From the UHGV virus genome UHGV-0179803: a DNA stretch of 64,000 bases, one strand, 5' to 3'. The position numbers and the translations under genes are program-made. Within the stretch, counting starts at the first letter, position 1. Every line of letters starts with the position of its first letter. Below the pieces are notes generated by a model. It was not told where the DNA came from. It did not search any database and saw only the letters and a program-made list of their open reading frames with translations. This document shows, piece after piece, positions 1-8,742 of this stretch. Origin of the DNA: a virus.

Positions 1-149
1 CAGGTAATCACCTATTGCTGGTGTTTTCGTACATTTTACAAACATCTCTACACCTTTTATTCGCCTTCAAAAGATTTCTTTTGCAATTCATCAATAGCGT
101 AGCTAACGATGAGATCTATCTGTTTTTAAGTAATTTCATCTTAAGCCCT

Positions 150-482
150 CTATTTTGCAGATTTCCTTGCTACTTTCTTCGTAGCTCTGCGGCGTTTGTG
201 GTAGATATCAAGAACAGCGTTCTCCTGGGCACATGTTTTGACTGTTTTCAGGTTGTAGGCTTGCGCTATCGGAAGATTCAGTTCCCACCAGCCAAGCCAG
301 TATAGCTCACTCTCTGTGAGCTTCTCCTCCTTTGCTTTTCGGTACAGCTTCTGCATACCCGCGATAATATCATCGAGCGGGGTATCAAACACAAAAGCTG
401 TTTTATCAAAAGGTGCTTTCTTCGGCTGTTTTGCCTTAGGCATCTTCCACCTCCTTAAATATCTGGTGCATCGATTCATCAC
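150..482 (-). CDS. hypothetical protein (basic C-terminus)
   Basis: ORF track; overlaps the next minus-strand ORF so the true start is uncertain; no recognisable motif. Confidence 0.3.
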   Translation of the reverse strand: MMNRCTRYLRRWKMPKAKQPKKAPFDKTAFVFDTPLDDIIAGMQKLYRKAKEEKLTESELYWLGWWELNLPIAQAYNLKTVKTCAQENAVLDIYHKRRRATKKVARKSAK

Positions 483-705
483 TCATCACCAGAAAATCCC
501 CAAAGAAGTCCACCAGCCAATCACCACGATGGAGAACATACCCACCAAAATCATCATCGATGAGGGCTTGTGGTCGGAAATCTCTCGTCCGTACAGCATG
601 ACGAACAAACACCCCAGTATCGTGCCAGTGTTGCAATTCAGACACGCTTGTGCTTGAGCCATCAAACTGGTGTGCTTCAATCGGTTTAATCAGTTCAAAT
701 TTCAT
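436..705 (-). CDS. hypothetical protein
   Basis: ORF track, co-oriented with neighbours; no motif recognised. Confidence 0.3.
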   Translation of the reverse strand: MKFELIKPIEAHQFDGSSTSVSELQHWHDTGVFVRHAVRTRDFRPQALIDDDFGGYVLHRGDWLVDFFGDFLVMSDESMHQIFKEVEDA

Positions 706-980
706 TCCGGTAACTCCTCAACAGGGTAAACTAACAGGTGGCAATCATCATAACGCACATTCATATGTTGCCAGCAGATAAATCGGATCGCTACAAGGTT
801 GATCAAGTTACGATCACCGTGCAGGCCGACACAGACATTACGCCAGTTACTACCATTCACCACACAGGTGTCAAAGTACAATTTTTCATCAAACTTGTGT
901 TCAATATCCTGAACAATACCTTTCAGAGCGGCAAATTGTCCACCGAACACGAAGTCTCCTTCGAGATCTTTCAGTTTCAT
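702..980 (-). CDS. hypothetical protein
   Basis: ORF track; 4-nt overlap with downstream ORF suggests translational coupling. Confidence 0.35.
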   Translation of the reverse strand: MKLKDLEGDFVFGGQFAALKGIVQDIEHKFDEKLYFDTCVVNGSNWRNVCVGLHGDRNLINLVAIRFICWQHMNVRYDDCHLLVYPVEELPE

Positions 981-981
981 C

Positions 982-1455
982 TTAGTTACCTTTTGCGTAA
1001 TTCTCCAACCACGAAAAATCAGTTTCCCAGACCTTGATCTTGCTTAGTTCTCTCCACTCTTCGAAGCACGCTTCATAATACTCCTGTGCCTGCTGTTCTG
1101 TCAACCAGTTTACGTCAGCAAAATGTTTTCTTGCACGGAGATAAACATCCCTGCCGAGGCAATTGCAGCGGCCAGGATGCACACTCATATGGCAGTCTGG
1201 GCACAATGCGATCAGACCCACACAGGTGATCTTGTGATCTTCGAACAGGTACAACTCGTGGGCTTCCACAGGATGTTTAGGTCCTTTACCACCACAGACT
1301 TCGCATCTGTACTCTGCTTCTTTGTAACAGCGTTTACGGGCTTTATCCCACAAGCCACGACCGATAGCTTCACGTCCTGCTACCCCCCACAGCGGTTTAG
1401 GGATAAGCTGAACGATCAGCATTTTCTCTTCACGCATTTTACGACCGTCTTGCAT
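982..1455 (-). CDS. Cys-rich putative zinc-binding protein
   Basis: CEVCGG...H and CPDCH...H motifs in translation; promoter-like element upstream on minus strand. Confidence 0.45.
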   Translation of the reverse strand: MQDGRKMREEKMLIVQLIPKPLWGVAGREAIGRGLWDKARKRCYKEAEYRCEVCGGKGPKHPVEAHELYLFEDHKITCVGLIALCPDCHMSVHPGRCNCLGRDVYLRARKHFADVNWLTEQQAQEYYEACFEEWRELSKIKVWETDFSWLENYAKGN

Positions 1456-1496
1456 GTAGCACCTCTCTTCTTATGCATACTCTTACCAGTAGGCGA

Positions 1497-1525
1497 ACCA
1501 TAACATAATTTTCATTTGCTGTCAA
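1497..1525 (-). promoter_or_regulatory. sigma70-like promoter for 982..1455
   Basis: minus strand reads TTGACA-17 nt-TATGGT about 40 nt upstream of the ATG. Confidence 0.35.
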
Positions 1526-2127
1526 TACTGATTTAAACGCTCTCAAACGCTCTGTAACGCTGTTGGTAGTTTAGTAATGCAACTGTAGCACTTAGTCACT
1601 ATTAGCTCACCACAGAAGCTACCAGAGGCCTCAAAGCCGATTTCTGGTGTTGGGATAAGGTTGAAGCGGCGGCGCAGACTTTCGACGGCTCCTCCCGGCA
1701 GCTTCGCTTTTCGCCGTCATCCCACATTAGCACCTCCCTCACGGTCGGTGATCTTCCCACACAACTCAGGCAGCTCTGTTGTCACAGACCTGCTATGTAC
1801 CCACATACATCTTCTGGATTGTTGATAATATAATATAAAATTTATTAAAACAATCCAGAAAAATAACCACCCACAGCCTGATCATCTGCTACAAAGCACT
1901 GCTTTGTCACTCCAGTGCTGTTGTCAGTGGATCATGATAATAATTATCATTAAGAAAGAGATCATTGATCAATTTGTAACATGCATAAAAAGTATGTTGA
2001 AGAGAGATCATGGAGGTGGTGGTAAATACCACAGAACTACCATCAAACAGACAGCGGAGGGTGTGCTTGGTATTAGCACCCACCTCCTAGTCTATTTTCT
2101 TTCTTTAGAAAGAAGAAAATAGTTAGG

Positions 2128-2243
2128 TGGGCCATTATTTGGCCCTTAGAATTCAGTTTAAGGGCCATTATTTGGCCCTTGGAAGCGTTTTAAGGGCCAT
2201 TATTTGGCCCTTGGATTGACTTTTATGGGCCATTATTTGGCCC
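2128..2243. repeat. four tandem ~33-bp repeats, each a GGGCC-ATTATTT-GGCCC hairpin
   Basis: GGGCCATTATTTGGCCC occurs at 2128, 2162, 2194 and 2227 with conserved flanks CTTRGA; lies in a ~980-bp noncoding gap. Confidence 0.85.
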
Positions 2244-2435
2244 TTAGAATCACTCATATTGGTGGGATTTATGGTATTTTCTGTTTATTGTCAAACAGTT
2301 ATAACAGTATTTCATTCTGTTGGTATCTTTATATAGACCGATCAGTCTATTACAACTATTTAACAAATGCCGACACTGTACAAAATTTCTGAGTTTTCAT
2401 GTTTGACATTTCGTTAACAAATCACCAATACAGTA

Positions 2436-3110
2436 TTATTTTCTTCTTTGAGGGAAGGGTATGTGGTCATATCCTTTCCCTGCATTATCATTCACCCATT
2501 TCAGGAAGTCTATTCTGTCTTCGAACACGTATTTCAGGTCACAACCCTCTGTACGGTACAGCATCAGGTAGTTCACCTGATTGGCATCTGGTAATTCATT
2601 CACCATTGCCAGGCGACGTGCTGGTACTCTCGTGCACAGATTTTTACCATCTTGTGGTTGCCTGCTGATCACAAGGCCAATTGACTCCAGGAACTTGATA
2701 CTTTCTGCTACCTTCCGGTTCCTGTTGTGGTTCTTGTCATATGGCAATCCTGCTTCCATAGCGATTACATGTGTGGAATCCCCGCACCAGTTGTTCCTGT
2801 GCATATCTTCATAGCTTGTCTGCTTACGAATCTGGTAGCATTTGAACTGGATTCTGTTCTGATCAGCAAGATGACTCAACACTGCCTTGTCAATATTGGT
2901 CAGAAACAGGCAGCTTTTCTCTGCCCACACACTACCAGCCTCAGGGATTCTTCGCTTATCGAAATCTTTCCTGTTGGTCACATCTGCCGGATTTTTCACC
3001 CACACAGCAAACAGGTTGTCAACCTTCCGATGACAATCGTCGTTGCCAAAGCAGATGTTTTTGTTGAACCAGTTCTCCAGTACGCTTGATTTGATCTCTT
3101 GTTCTGCCAT
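2436..3110 (-). CDS. hypothetical protein
   Basis: 224-aa ORF; minus-strand promoter and RBS (GAAGGTAACAGAG-ATG) upstream. Confidence 0.45.
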   Translation of the reverse strand: MAEQEIKSSVLENWFNKNICFGNDDCHRKVDNLFAVWVKNPADVTNRKDFDKRRIPEAGSVWAEKSCLFLTNIDKAVLSHLADQNRIQFKCYQIRKQTSYEDMHRNNWCGDSTHVIAMEAGLPYDKNHNRNRKVAESIKFLESIGLVISRQPQDGKNLCTRVPARRLAMVNELPDANQVNYLMLYRTEGCDLKYVFEDRIDFLKWVNDNAGKGYDHIPFPQRRK

Positions 3111-3138
3111 CTCTGTTACCTTCTTCTGTTTTTAACAG

Positions 3139-3167
3139 AGTATAGCAGGCACAAGGCCTGCTGTCAA
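3139..3167 (-). promoter_or_regulatory. sigma70-like promoter for 2436..3110
   Basis: minus strand TTGACA-17 nt-TATACT. Confidence 0.4.
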
Positions 3168-3170
3168 TGT

Positions 3171-3290
3171 TCACTCGTCACGTAATGCTTTGATCATCTG
3201 TTCGAAGAATCTCCTTGCATCGTCGTAGTGCTTGTTCAGGAGTGCTTCTTTATAGTAGTAACGATAAACAACGTATTCAACGCCACGCAT
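3171..3290 (-). CDS. small ORF (39 aa), hypothetical
   Basis: minus-strand ATG preceded by GAGGTGG; not in ORF track because under 60 aa. Confidence 0.25.
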   Translation of the reverse strand: MRGVEYVVYRYYYKEALLNKHYDDARRFFEQMIKALRDE

Positions 3291-3298
3291 ATGCCACC

Positions 3299-3457
3299 TC
3301 ACTTGTTGTCAGCTTCAATCATCAGGAGTAATGCATCTTTGAACCCCATAAAAAGAACGCCACAGCGAATTTGCGGGTACGCCCTCAGGATTGGGAGCAT
3401 GTACACCTTCTCTTCGTCACAGAACGTTTGAACGCTGTAGAATACGATTCTTCTCAT
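3299..3457 (-). CDS. small ORF (52 aa), hypothetical
   Basis: minus-strand ATG preceded by AGGAGG at ideal spacing. Confidence 0.3.
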   Translation of the reverse strand: MRRIVFYSVQTFCDEEKVYMLPILRAYPQIRCGVLFMGFKDALLLMIEADNK

Positions 3458-3586
3458 GGTGGTTTCCTCCTATGTGTGCAAAACATATCACACCTTGTTG
3501 TGGAAGTCAAGAATAAAATCATGTTGACAACGAGATCAGGATGTGTTATCGTTCGCCAACAAGCGGATAAATGGAGGACTCATAAC

Positions 3587-3886
3587 ATGATTAGTCAAGA
3601 AACAGTACACGATATGGCACTGGCATTCATCCGTGAGGGGTGTGATGTGTGTTACATACCAAACCCTCGCCATCAGAATGACCCTGAAGACCCATCTATT
3701 TATCTTTCTGTATCTGGCAGAGGAATGGACCATCTTATCTATCTCGGACTGAGTAGTAAGAGAAGGGATGAATATATTGAAAAATACCAGCAGGCAATTG
3801 ATCAGGCAAAAGAAGACGCACATGGTGAACAGATGTACAATTTTATTCCTGGTTTGGACGATTGTAAGGATGGAGGTGCTTTATGA
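3587..3886 (+). CDS. hypothetical protein
   Basis: internal ATG of track ORF 3371..3886 preceded by GGAGG; 4-nt overlap with next gene. Confidence 0.45.
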   Translation: MISQETVHDMALAFIREGCDVCYIPNPRHQNDPEDPSIYLSVSGRGMDHLIYLGLSSKRRDEYIEKYQQAIDQAKEDAHGEQMYNFIPGLDDCKDGGAL

Positions 3887-4608
3887 AGAAGGTTTTAGAG
3901 TTTCAATTTGAAATTGCTGAAATAGGTGGAGAAAGACGGAGGCTTGTTAATGCAAGAGATTTGCATAAACAGTTAGGCATTCGTACACGCTTTAGTGACT
4001 GGATTAAAAGGTCATTAATTAATCAAAATTTCTTGCAAGATGTTGATTTTATCGTGGTTCTCAAAAATGAGTATGACGCAAGTAAGTTTGGTGGCATACG
4101 TAAGCAAGAGGAATATTTATGCACTGTTGAGACAGCTAAACACCTTGCTATGATGGCGAAGACACCGAAAGGTAAAGAGGTTCGTAATTACTTTATCGAA
4201 ATTGAAAGAAAGTACCGCGAGTACATGATTGAGCAACGGAGGTTGGCAAGGAAGATGCTTAACATGGAAAGCTCAACAGATATGGTCTGCATAACTGTTT
4301 CGGCGAAGAAAATCGCTAAAGTGCTTGGGATAACCATGTCTGTGTTTGACCTGAATGGATTCTTGAGGACGGATGGTTACAAGCATAAACATTGGTATAA
4401 CGCAACTCTTGCTGGTCAGGAGGTGTGGAATGATTGGGTTATGAAAAGCAAATATGGGGGTCATAGGTTTACAAGCCAGAACAGTATTAACATTGTGCAA
4501 TGCCTGCTTTATGAAAAAGGTATTAGTAAGCTGGAGGATGACATTTGGCAAGAACTTGTTTGGATTGTGTTCATGAAGAATTGGGTTGATTATCTTGCCA
4601 ACAGATGA
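3883..4608 (+). CDS. Bro-N/KilA-N/AntA-like DNA-binding protein (antirepressor-type)
   Basis: N-terminal FQFEIAEIGGERRRLVNARDLHKQLG...FSDWIKR pattern resembles phage Bro-N/AntA N-terminal domains. Confidence 0.45.
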   Translation: MKKVLEFQFEIAEIGGERRRLVNARDLHKQLGIRTRFSDWIKRSLINQNFLQDVDFIVVLKNEYDASKFGGIRKQEEYLCTVETAKHLAMMAKTPKGKEVRNYFIEIERKYREYMIEQRRLARKMLNMESSTDMVCITVSAKKIAKVLGITMSVFDLNGFLRTDGYKHKHWYNATLAGQEVWNDWVMKSKYGGHRFTSQNSINIVQCLLYEKGISKLEDDIWQELVWIVFMKNWVDYLANR

Positions 4609-4662
4609 TTGACAAACACAACCAAACATGCTAAGATTCTTCTTATCGAAAGGAGGTACACC

Positions 4663-4863
4663 ATGGATAATCCTGTTGCTAAAAACTGCAACAAGTTTAA
4701 CAAAGCTGCAACTCATGCTGATCGGAAGAAAGGTTGGTGTCCAGATTTAGACGAAGGACTTGAAGAGTACTTCGAAGATGAACTGGAAGACCTAGCAGAC
4801 AATGCTCAAGAGATTGCAATCAGGGAATATGCAGAAAGAGCGAAAGCTGCAAGAATTTGTTGA
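4663..4863 (+). CDS. hypothetical acidic protein
   Basis: ATG preceded by AAAGGAGG; internal start of track ORF 4609..4863. Confidence 0.4.
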   Translation: MDNPVAKNCNKFNKAATHADRKKGWCPDLDEGLEEYFEDELEDLADNAQEIAIREYAERAKAARIC

Positions 4864-4888
4864 CAATACCCTGTTTGTTTGGTAATAT
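4860..4888 (+). promoter_or_regulatory. sigma70-like promoter
   Basis: TTGACA-17 nt-TAATAT with TGG immediately upstream of the -10. Confidence 0.4.
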
Positions 4889-4942
4889 TAAAGCATGAGG
4901 TGAGGTAAACGATTTTAGTTTGAGAGGTCTACAGGAAATGCT

Positions 4943-5185
4943 ATGTTTAAGGTTAAGCTCGTTTTCAGATCCTTAGAAGGAGACTATTTAGAACACGAAT
5001 CTGAACACAGATTCTTTGATGATGCTTTTGAAGTTGCAAACGATATTGCCTGCGAGAACACAGGTTACGGACTGGAGTTCTGGGAAGGAGGTGCACAAAT
5101 AGATAAAAGCAAAATCTTCTATTTTTACCCGGATCCAGAATGCAGACATGTGAAATATGTGTTGTTCTTCTGTGTATTGCAATAA
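4943..5185 (+). CDS. hypothetical protein
   Basis: ORF track; RBS-like AGGAAATGCT-ATG. Confidence 0.35.
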   Translation: MFKVKLVFRSLEGDYLEHESEHRFFDDAFEVANDIACENTGYGLEFWEGGAQIDKSKIFYFYPDPECRHVKYVLFFCVLQ

Positions 5186-5222
5186 GGAGAGACATGAAAG
5201 ACGAATTTGATGGCTTTTAGCT

Positions 5223-5251
5223 TGACAATGTTGAGTTAAAACGCTATACTT
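5223..5251 (+). promoter_or_regulatory. sigma70-like promoter
   Basis: TTGACA-17 nt-TATACT. Confidence 0.45.
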
Positions 5252-5482
5252 ACAGTGTTCCCCATAGAGGGCTTGATAGTGCACCACACTGAAAAATGGT
5301 AGGAACGTAGAGGGCTACGGACGCGTAGGGTTCCAGCAACCTGTAATAAGGTCGAGTCCAAGTACGGTAATGGCTTCCCCTTTCCCTTCGAGGGCTTGAA
5401 AATGCCAGAGACGGACTGGCAATCTATTGACAATCTCCAGAGTACGTGATAAACTCAGCTTATTAACTATTCTGGAGGTTAT

Positions 5483-5830
5483 ATGGTGGACAAAAAAGAG
5501 AAAGCGAAAAAACGTCGTCGCAGGGGCAGACCCCTGAAAGAGGAATCAAACGCTATTCAACTTGATAAAAATCTTATTGAGATGAAAGAAGCGTTCATTG
5601 CAATGGTTCCAGAGGCACACAAAGTTCTCCGCGATATGATGAATAACCCCAAAACGAAAGAAAACATTCGTCAGGGCATAGCAACATACGTTCTGGAGAA
5701 AGCTGCTGCCATGCAGGAAGAGTACGACGAAATGTTCGGGGAAGAGGAAGAAGAATCTACTGTTGTAGATGCGACCCCAACACCGTTCTCTCCGTTTACT
5801 ACAGAGATTATCCCGATCAACGATCAGTAA
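5483..5830 (+). CDS. small protein with basic N-terminus (KKRRRRGRP) and acidic C-terminus; possible DNA-binding protein or small terminase subunit
   Basis: RBS GGAGG before ATG; composition only; lies upstream of the packaging genes. Confidence 0.4.
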   Translation: MVDKKEKAKKRRRRGRPLKEESNAIQLDKNLIEMKEAFIAMVPEAHKVLRDMMNNPKTKENIRQGIATYVLEKAAAMQEEYDEMFGEEEEESTVVDATPTPFSPFTTEIIPINDQ

Positions 5831-5899
5831 TCATTGTTGTGTAGCCTTGGAGAGAGAAGAGTGCTTGGGCGGTAAGCACTGGAAACACCGCTCAGTAGT

Positions 5900-5975
5900 G
5901 CCCCGTTAGTTCAAATGGAAGAACAGTGGCCTTCTAAGCCATAGGTTACAGGTTCGAGTCCTGTACGGGGTGCCA
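5900..5975 (+). tRNA. tRNA-Arg (anticodon TCT)
   Basis: hand-folded cloverleaf: acceptor GCCCCGT/ACGGGGT, D-stem GTTC/GAAC, anticodon loop CTTCTAA, T-arm ACAGG-TTCGAGT-CCTGT, 3' GCCA. Confidence 0.8.
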
Positions 5976-6019
5976 ACACTTTTAACCAAAACACTAATCA
6001 TTTAAAGGAACTTAGTAAT

Positions 6020-6286
6020 ATGTATACATTAAAAATCGTAGAACGTGTAATGCCAGAAGGTGAACCGGAAGATACCAACATTCCATCTAAACCGTATCTT
6101 CGTGAGTCATACTATGACATGAATAAAAACACAGATGTTATCTTCTATGAACCAAATCAGGAAGGTATCATCGCTGTGGTAATGGATGGTGAACAGAAGG
6201 TCTACATTTATGATGACACTTCTGCTTACCTGATGAATGAAAACGCTGTTACAGTACGTATCATTCATCGTGTTCAGTTCAACTAA
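6020..6286 (+). CDS. hypothetical protein
   Basis: ORF track; RBS-like AAAGGAAC; followed by hairpin terminator. Confidence 0.4.
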   Translation: MYTLKIVERVMPEGEPEDTNIPSKPYLRESYYDMNKNTDVIFYEPNQEGIIAVVMDGEQKVYIYDDTSAYLMNENAVTVRIIHRVQFN

Positions 6287-6353
6287 GGTGGTTTCAGTTC
6301 ATAATCAGTTTCATTGATACATCTCCTTTCATTGGTTTATAAGTTTTAACCCG

Positions 6354-6386
6354 CCCCGTTGACTGAAATGGTCACGGGGTTTTTTA
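6354..6386 (+). terminator. rho-independent terminator
   Basis: CCCCGT...ACGGGG hairpin followed by TTTTTTATTT. Confidence 0.5.
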
Positions 6387-6407
6387 TTTGTATGTTCTGG
6401 AGGTTTC

Positions 6408-6809
6408 GTGCCAGCAGTACTTGCATTCCTGATAAAATATAAGCGCGTGATAAAATGGACTATCGCGGCTGTCTTACTGGTTGTAGCCTGCGCTGGAGTG
6501 CACAGTTGGTACAACACCCAGATACAAAATGCCTACAACGAAGGGGTCGCTGTAACAGAGCAGAAATGGGATAAACTGATGATGCAGCAGAAGCTACAGG
6601 CCAACCAGACGAAGTTGGAACACGCTTACGAAGTCAGAGAGCTTGAGCAAAAGCTGGCTAACATGCAGAACGCCATGAACGCTCCTGGAGCTTTTGGTGG
6701 GGCTACACAACAGCAGTTCCAGTCATCTCCAGAAGGGCAACAGAACCGGATCCCAGATAAAGTGATCGATATCTACAACGAAAGTATTAACTCGGAGGTG
6801 CAGCAATGA
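6408..6809 (+). CDS. i-spanin (Rz-like inner-membrane spanin component)
   Basis: GTG start after GGAGG; N-terminal TM segment WTIAAVLLVVACAGV then a Q/E/K-rich coiled-coil region; overlaps the next gene by 4 nt. Confidence 0.55.
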   Translation: MPAVLAFLIKYKRVIKWTIAAVLLVVACAGVHSWYNTQIQNAYNEGVAVTEQKWDKLMMQQKLQANQTKLEHAYEVRELEQKLANMQNAMNAPGAFGGATQQQFQSSPEGQQNRIPDKVIDIYNESINSEVQQ

Positions 6810-7102
6810 GGTGGTTACTTGCATTAGCGATTGCACTCACGTTTTCTATGGCCCTGGTAGGTTGTAGCTCACCTAAAAGTACGCCAGTTACAGTTGCACC
6901 GCAGAAAGTTGAACAACTTGCTGTAGAGCCTCCTGCGGCAGCTATGATCCCACCAGCAATAGCTATCCCCTTGGTGAAAGGTGCACCAGATGCGGATAAC
7001 TCTGCAATTATGAGGCAGAACAATCTCTCCTGTAGCAATGATCGTGCCAAATTAATCATCTTGCAGGATTATGTAAAATCTTTATTCAATAAGGAGAATT
7101 AA
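6806..7102 (+). CDS. o-spanin (Rz1-like outer-membrane lipoprotein)
   Basis: signal peptide ending in lipobox LVGC, proline-rich mature part; immediately downstream of and overlapping the i-spanin gene. Confidence 0.6.
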   Translation: MRWLLALAIALTFSMALVGCSSPKSTPVTVAPQKVEQLAVEPPAAAMIPPAIAIPLVKGAPDADNSAIMRQNNLSCSNDRAKLIILQDYVKSLFNKEN

Positions 7103-8217
7103 TGGCTAAAATGTATGGCCCATGCTCCCGTAAACAACAAATGATTCTGGAAAATGATGCCGACTTCCTGATCATTGGTGGGGCAGCGGGTTGTTTGTCA
7201 ATGCGACATGAGGTGATGACACCTAACGGGTGGATCAGAATATCGGAATGGGATGGTCAAGATATCCTCCAGTTTGATAAAGAAACTGGTAAGGCCATGT
7301 TTATCCAGCCTGAAGAGTTTGTTAAGCTGGAATGCGACAAACTAACCAGGATTGTGCAGGATGGTATTTGTCAGGAATTATCCGACGAGCACACAGTTCT
7401 GTACGTCCCAGAAGACGGAACAGCTTACGGTACACTTAATTTCGGAGAAGTGGCTGAACAGTATGCTAACGGTGAGTTGGCAATGCGTATGCAGACCACG
7501 TTTGTGAACATGGGTGGTACTGGCCTTGGCATTTCTGACGAAGAGCTGAAAGAAAGGGCAAGATATTACAAATTCACAGATGAGTGGTATAATTGTGATC
7601 GTCGTCAGTTGTTGCAGATCTGGTATGAGATTTACCTGAACGGTAATGATCCCCATGCCTACGTTGTTCCAACGAAAGAACAGGCTGATTTCTTGCAATA
7701 CCTCGGATCATCTTTAGGTTTCAACGCACAGATCTTCTTCGAAGAAGGTTACAAAGTTGTGTTCTCTAATGAACGTGCAGGTACGATTGCTCTTAATAAC
7801 GATGCAACGTTCGAAGAGTTTGAGCCGGAAGATGGTTACAAATATTGTTTTGCTACCACAACAGGCTATTTTATCACCAGACTGGAAAACTGCATTGCAG
7901 TGACTGGTAACAGTGGTAAATCCTTTCTTCTACAGCTTCTCCCACTAAAGATGATAGATGACCCCAACACTTCTGTGGTGATGTTCCGTAGGACAACTCC
8001 ACAACTGGAAGGTGAAGGTGGTCTGTGGCCTAAAGCACTGAGTGTGTATCTGGATCTTCCTGAGTACATGAGGCCGAAATTCAGAGAGAAAGACCATAAG
8101 TTTACTTTTCCATATTATGATGCAAAGACGGGCAAATGGAATAAGAAAAGAGACGGAGCAGTAATCAAATACTGCCATATGGAATACGTCCAAGATAAGC
8201 TGAATCATCAAGGGTAA
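7102..8217 (+). CDS. terL: large terminase subunit, N-terminal (ATPase) part, carrying an in-frame intein-like insertion
   Basis: flanks of the insertion rejoin as IIGGAAG|SGKSFLL, a GxxxxGKS Walker A; the reading frame stops at 8217 where intron-like sequence begins. Confidence 0.65.
   Translation: MAKMYGPCSRKQQMILENDADFLIIGGAAGCLSMRHEVMTPNGWIRISEWDGQDILQFDKETGKAMFIQPEEFVKLECDKLTRIVQDGICQELSDEHTVLYVPEDGTAYGTLNFGEVAEQYANGELAMRMQTTFVNMGGTGLGISDEELKERARYYKFTDEWYNCDRRQLLQIWYEIYLNGNDPHAYVVPTKEQADFLQYLGSSLGFNAQIFFEEGYKVVFSNERAGTIALNNDATFEEFEPEDGYKYCFATTTGYFITRLENCIAVTGNSGKSFLLQLLPLKMIDDPNTSVVMFRRTTPQLEGEGGLWPKALSVYLDLPEYMRPKFREKDHKFTFPYYDAKTGKWNKKRDGAVIKYCHMEYVQDKLNHQG
7192..7911 (+). other. candidate intein (240 aa) inserted in the terminase P-loop
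   Basis: begins with Cys (CLSMRHEV...), ends with Asn followed by Ser (..IAVTGN|SGKS); removing it restores a canonical Walker A. Confidence 0.5.
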
Positions 8218-8742
8218 ACAAACCTGCCCTTCGTGCCTAATTCGGTGAAACTCCTTGACAAAAGGACAATACCGAGCTACGGTTAAAGGATTAGTTGAAA
8301 CCGAGTGTAACGACTATCCCCGATGAGTGTAGGGGAGTAGAATCACAAGCGATTGGTGATCCAAACGGCACGCCAAGGAGGGAAGAGCTAGTCTGTTCCA
8401 CATGGTAACATGTGGCGGGTGTCTTAGCACACCGCGTCGGAGTAGCGATCCGGCGGGACAAAAGTGGAATATACTTTAATATGTTTTGATGAGGGTTAAC
8501 TGGTAGCTCTCGTAAAACCTCCCTAATTGCGGGGAAATCTTTACTATTGACACCACCAACCTATTATGGTAACATAATATTGGCTTCGGAGAAATACCGA
8601 AGGTATGGTAATAGCGTGTTGATTTAGATAATCCGCAGCGAAGCATCCTGATAGGATGTGTGCTCAACGACTATCGCTTACGGGCGTTAGGGCCAAGCGG
8701 CTGGGGAAACCCACAGTCTTTTAAGACTGCCGAAACGGGAGG

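Noticed and set aside
1904-2122. Plus-strand 72-aa ORF in the large noncoding region
   Set aside because: No ribosome-binding site, runs through palindromic/AT-rich sequence and ends inside the hairpin repeats; flanking genes are on the other strand.
2128-2243. Possible CRISPR array suggested by four regularly spaced repeats
   Set aside because: Repeat units are only 17 bp with ~16-bp spacers, there are just four copies, each is a simple hairpin, and no cas genes are nearby; more consistent with iterons or structural repeats.
3228-3586. Plus-strand ORF 3228..3431 and the 5' extension of 3371..3886
   Set aside because: No RBS for either; the minus strand in the same interval carries a promoter and two RBS-preceded small ORFs, and the + gene has a good GGAGG-ATG start at 3587.
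5270-5400. tRNA-like T-loop motif (GGTCGAGTCC) in the leader region
   Set aside because: Hand folding gives no acceptor or anticodon stems; retained only as part of a candidate structured leader.
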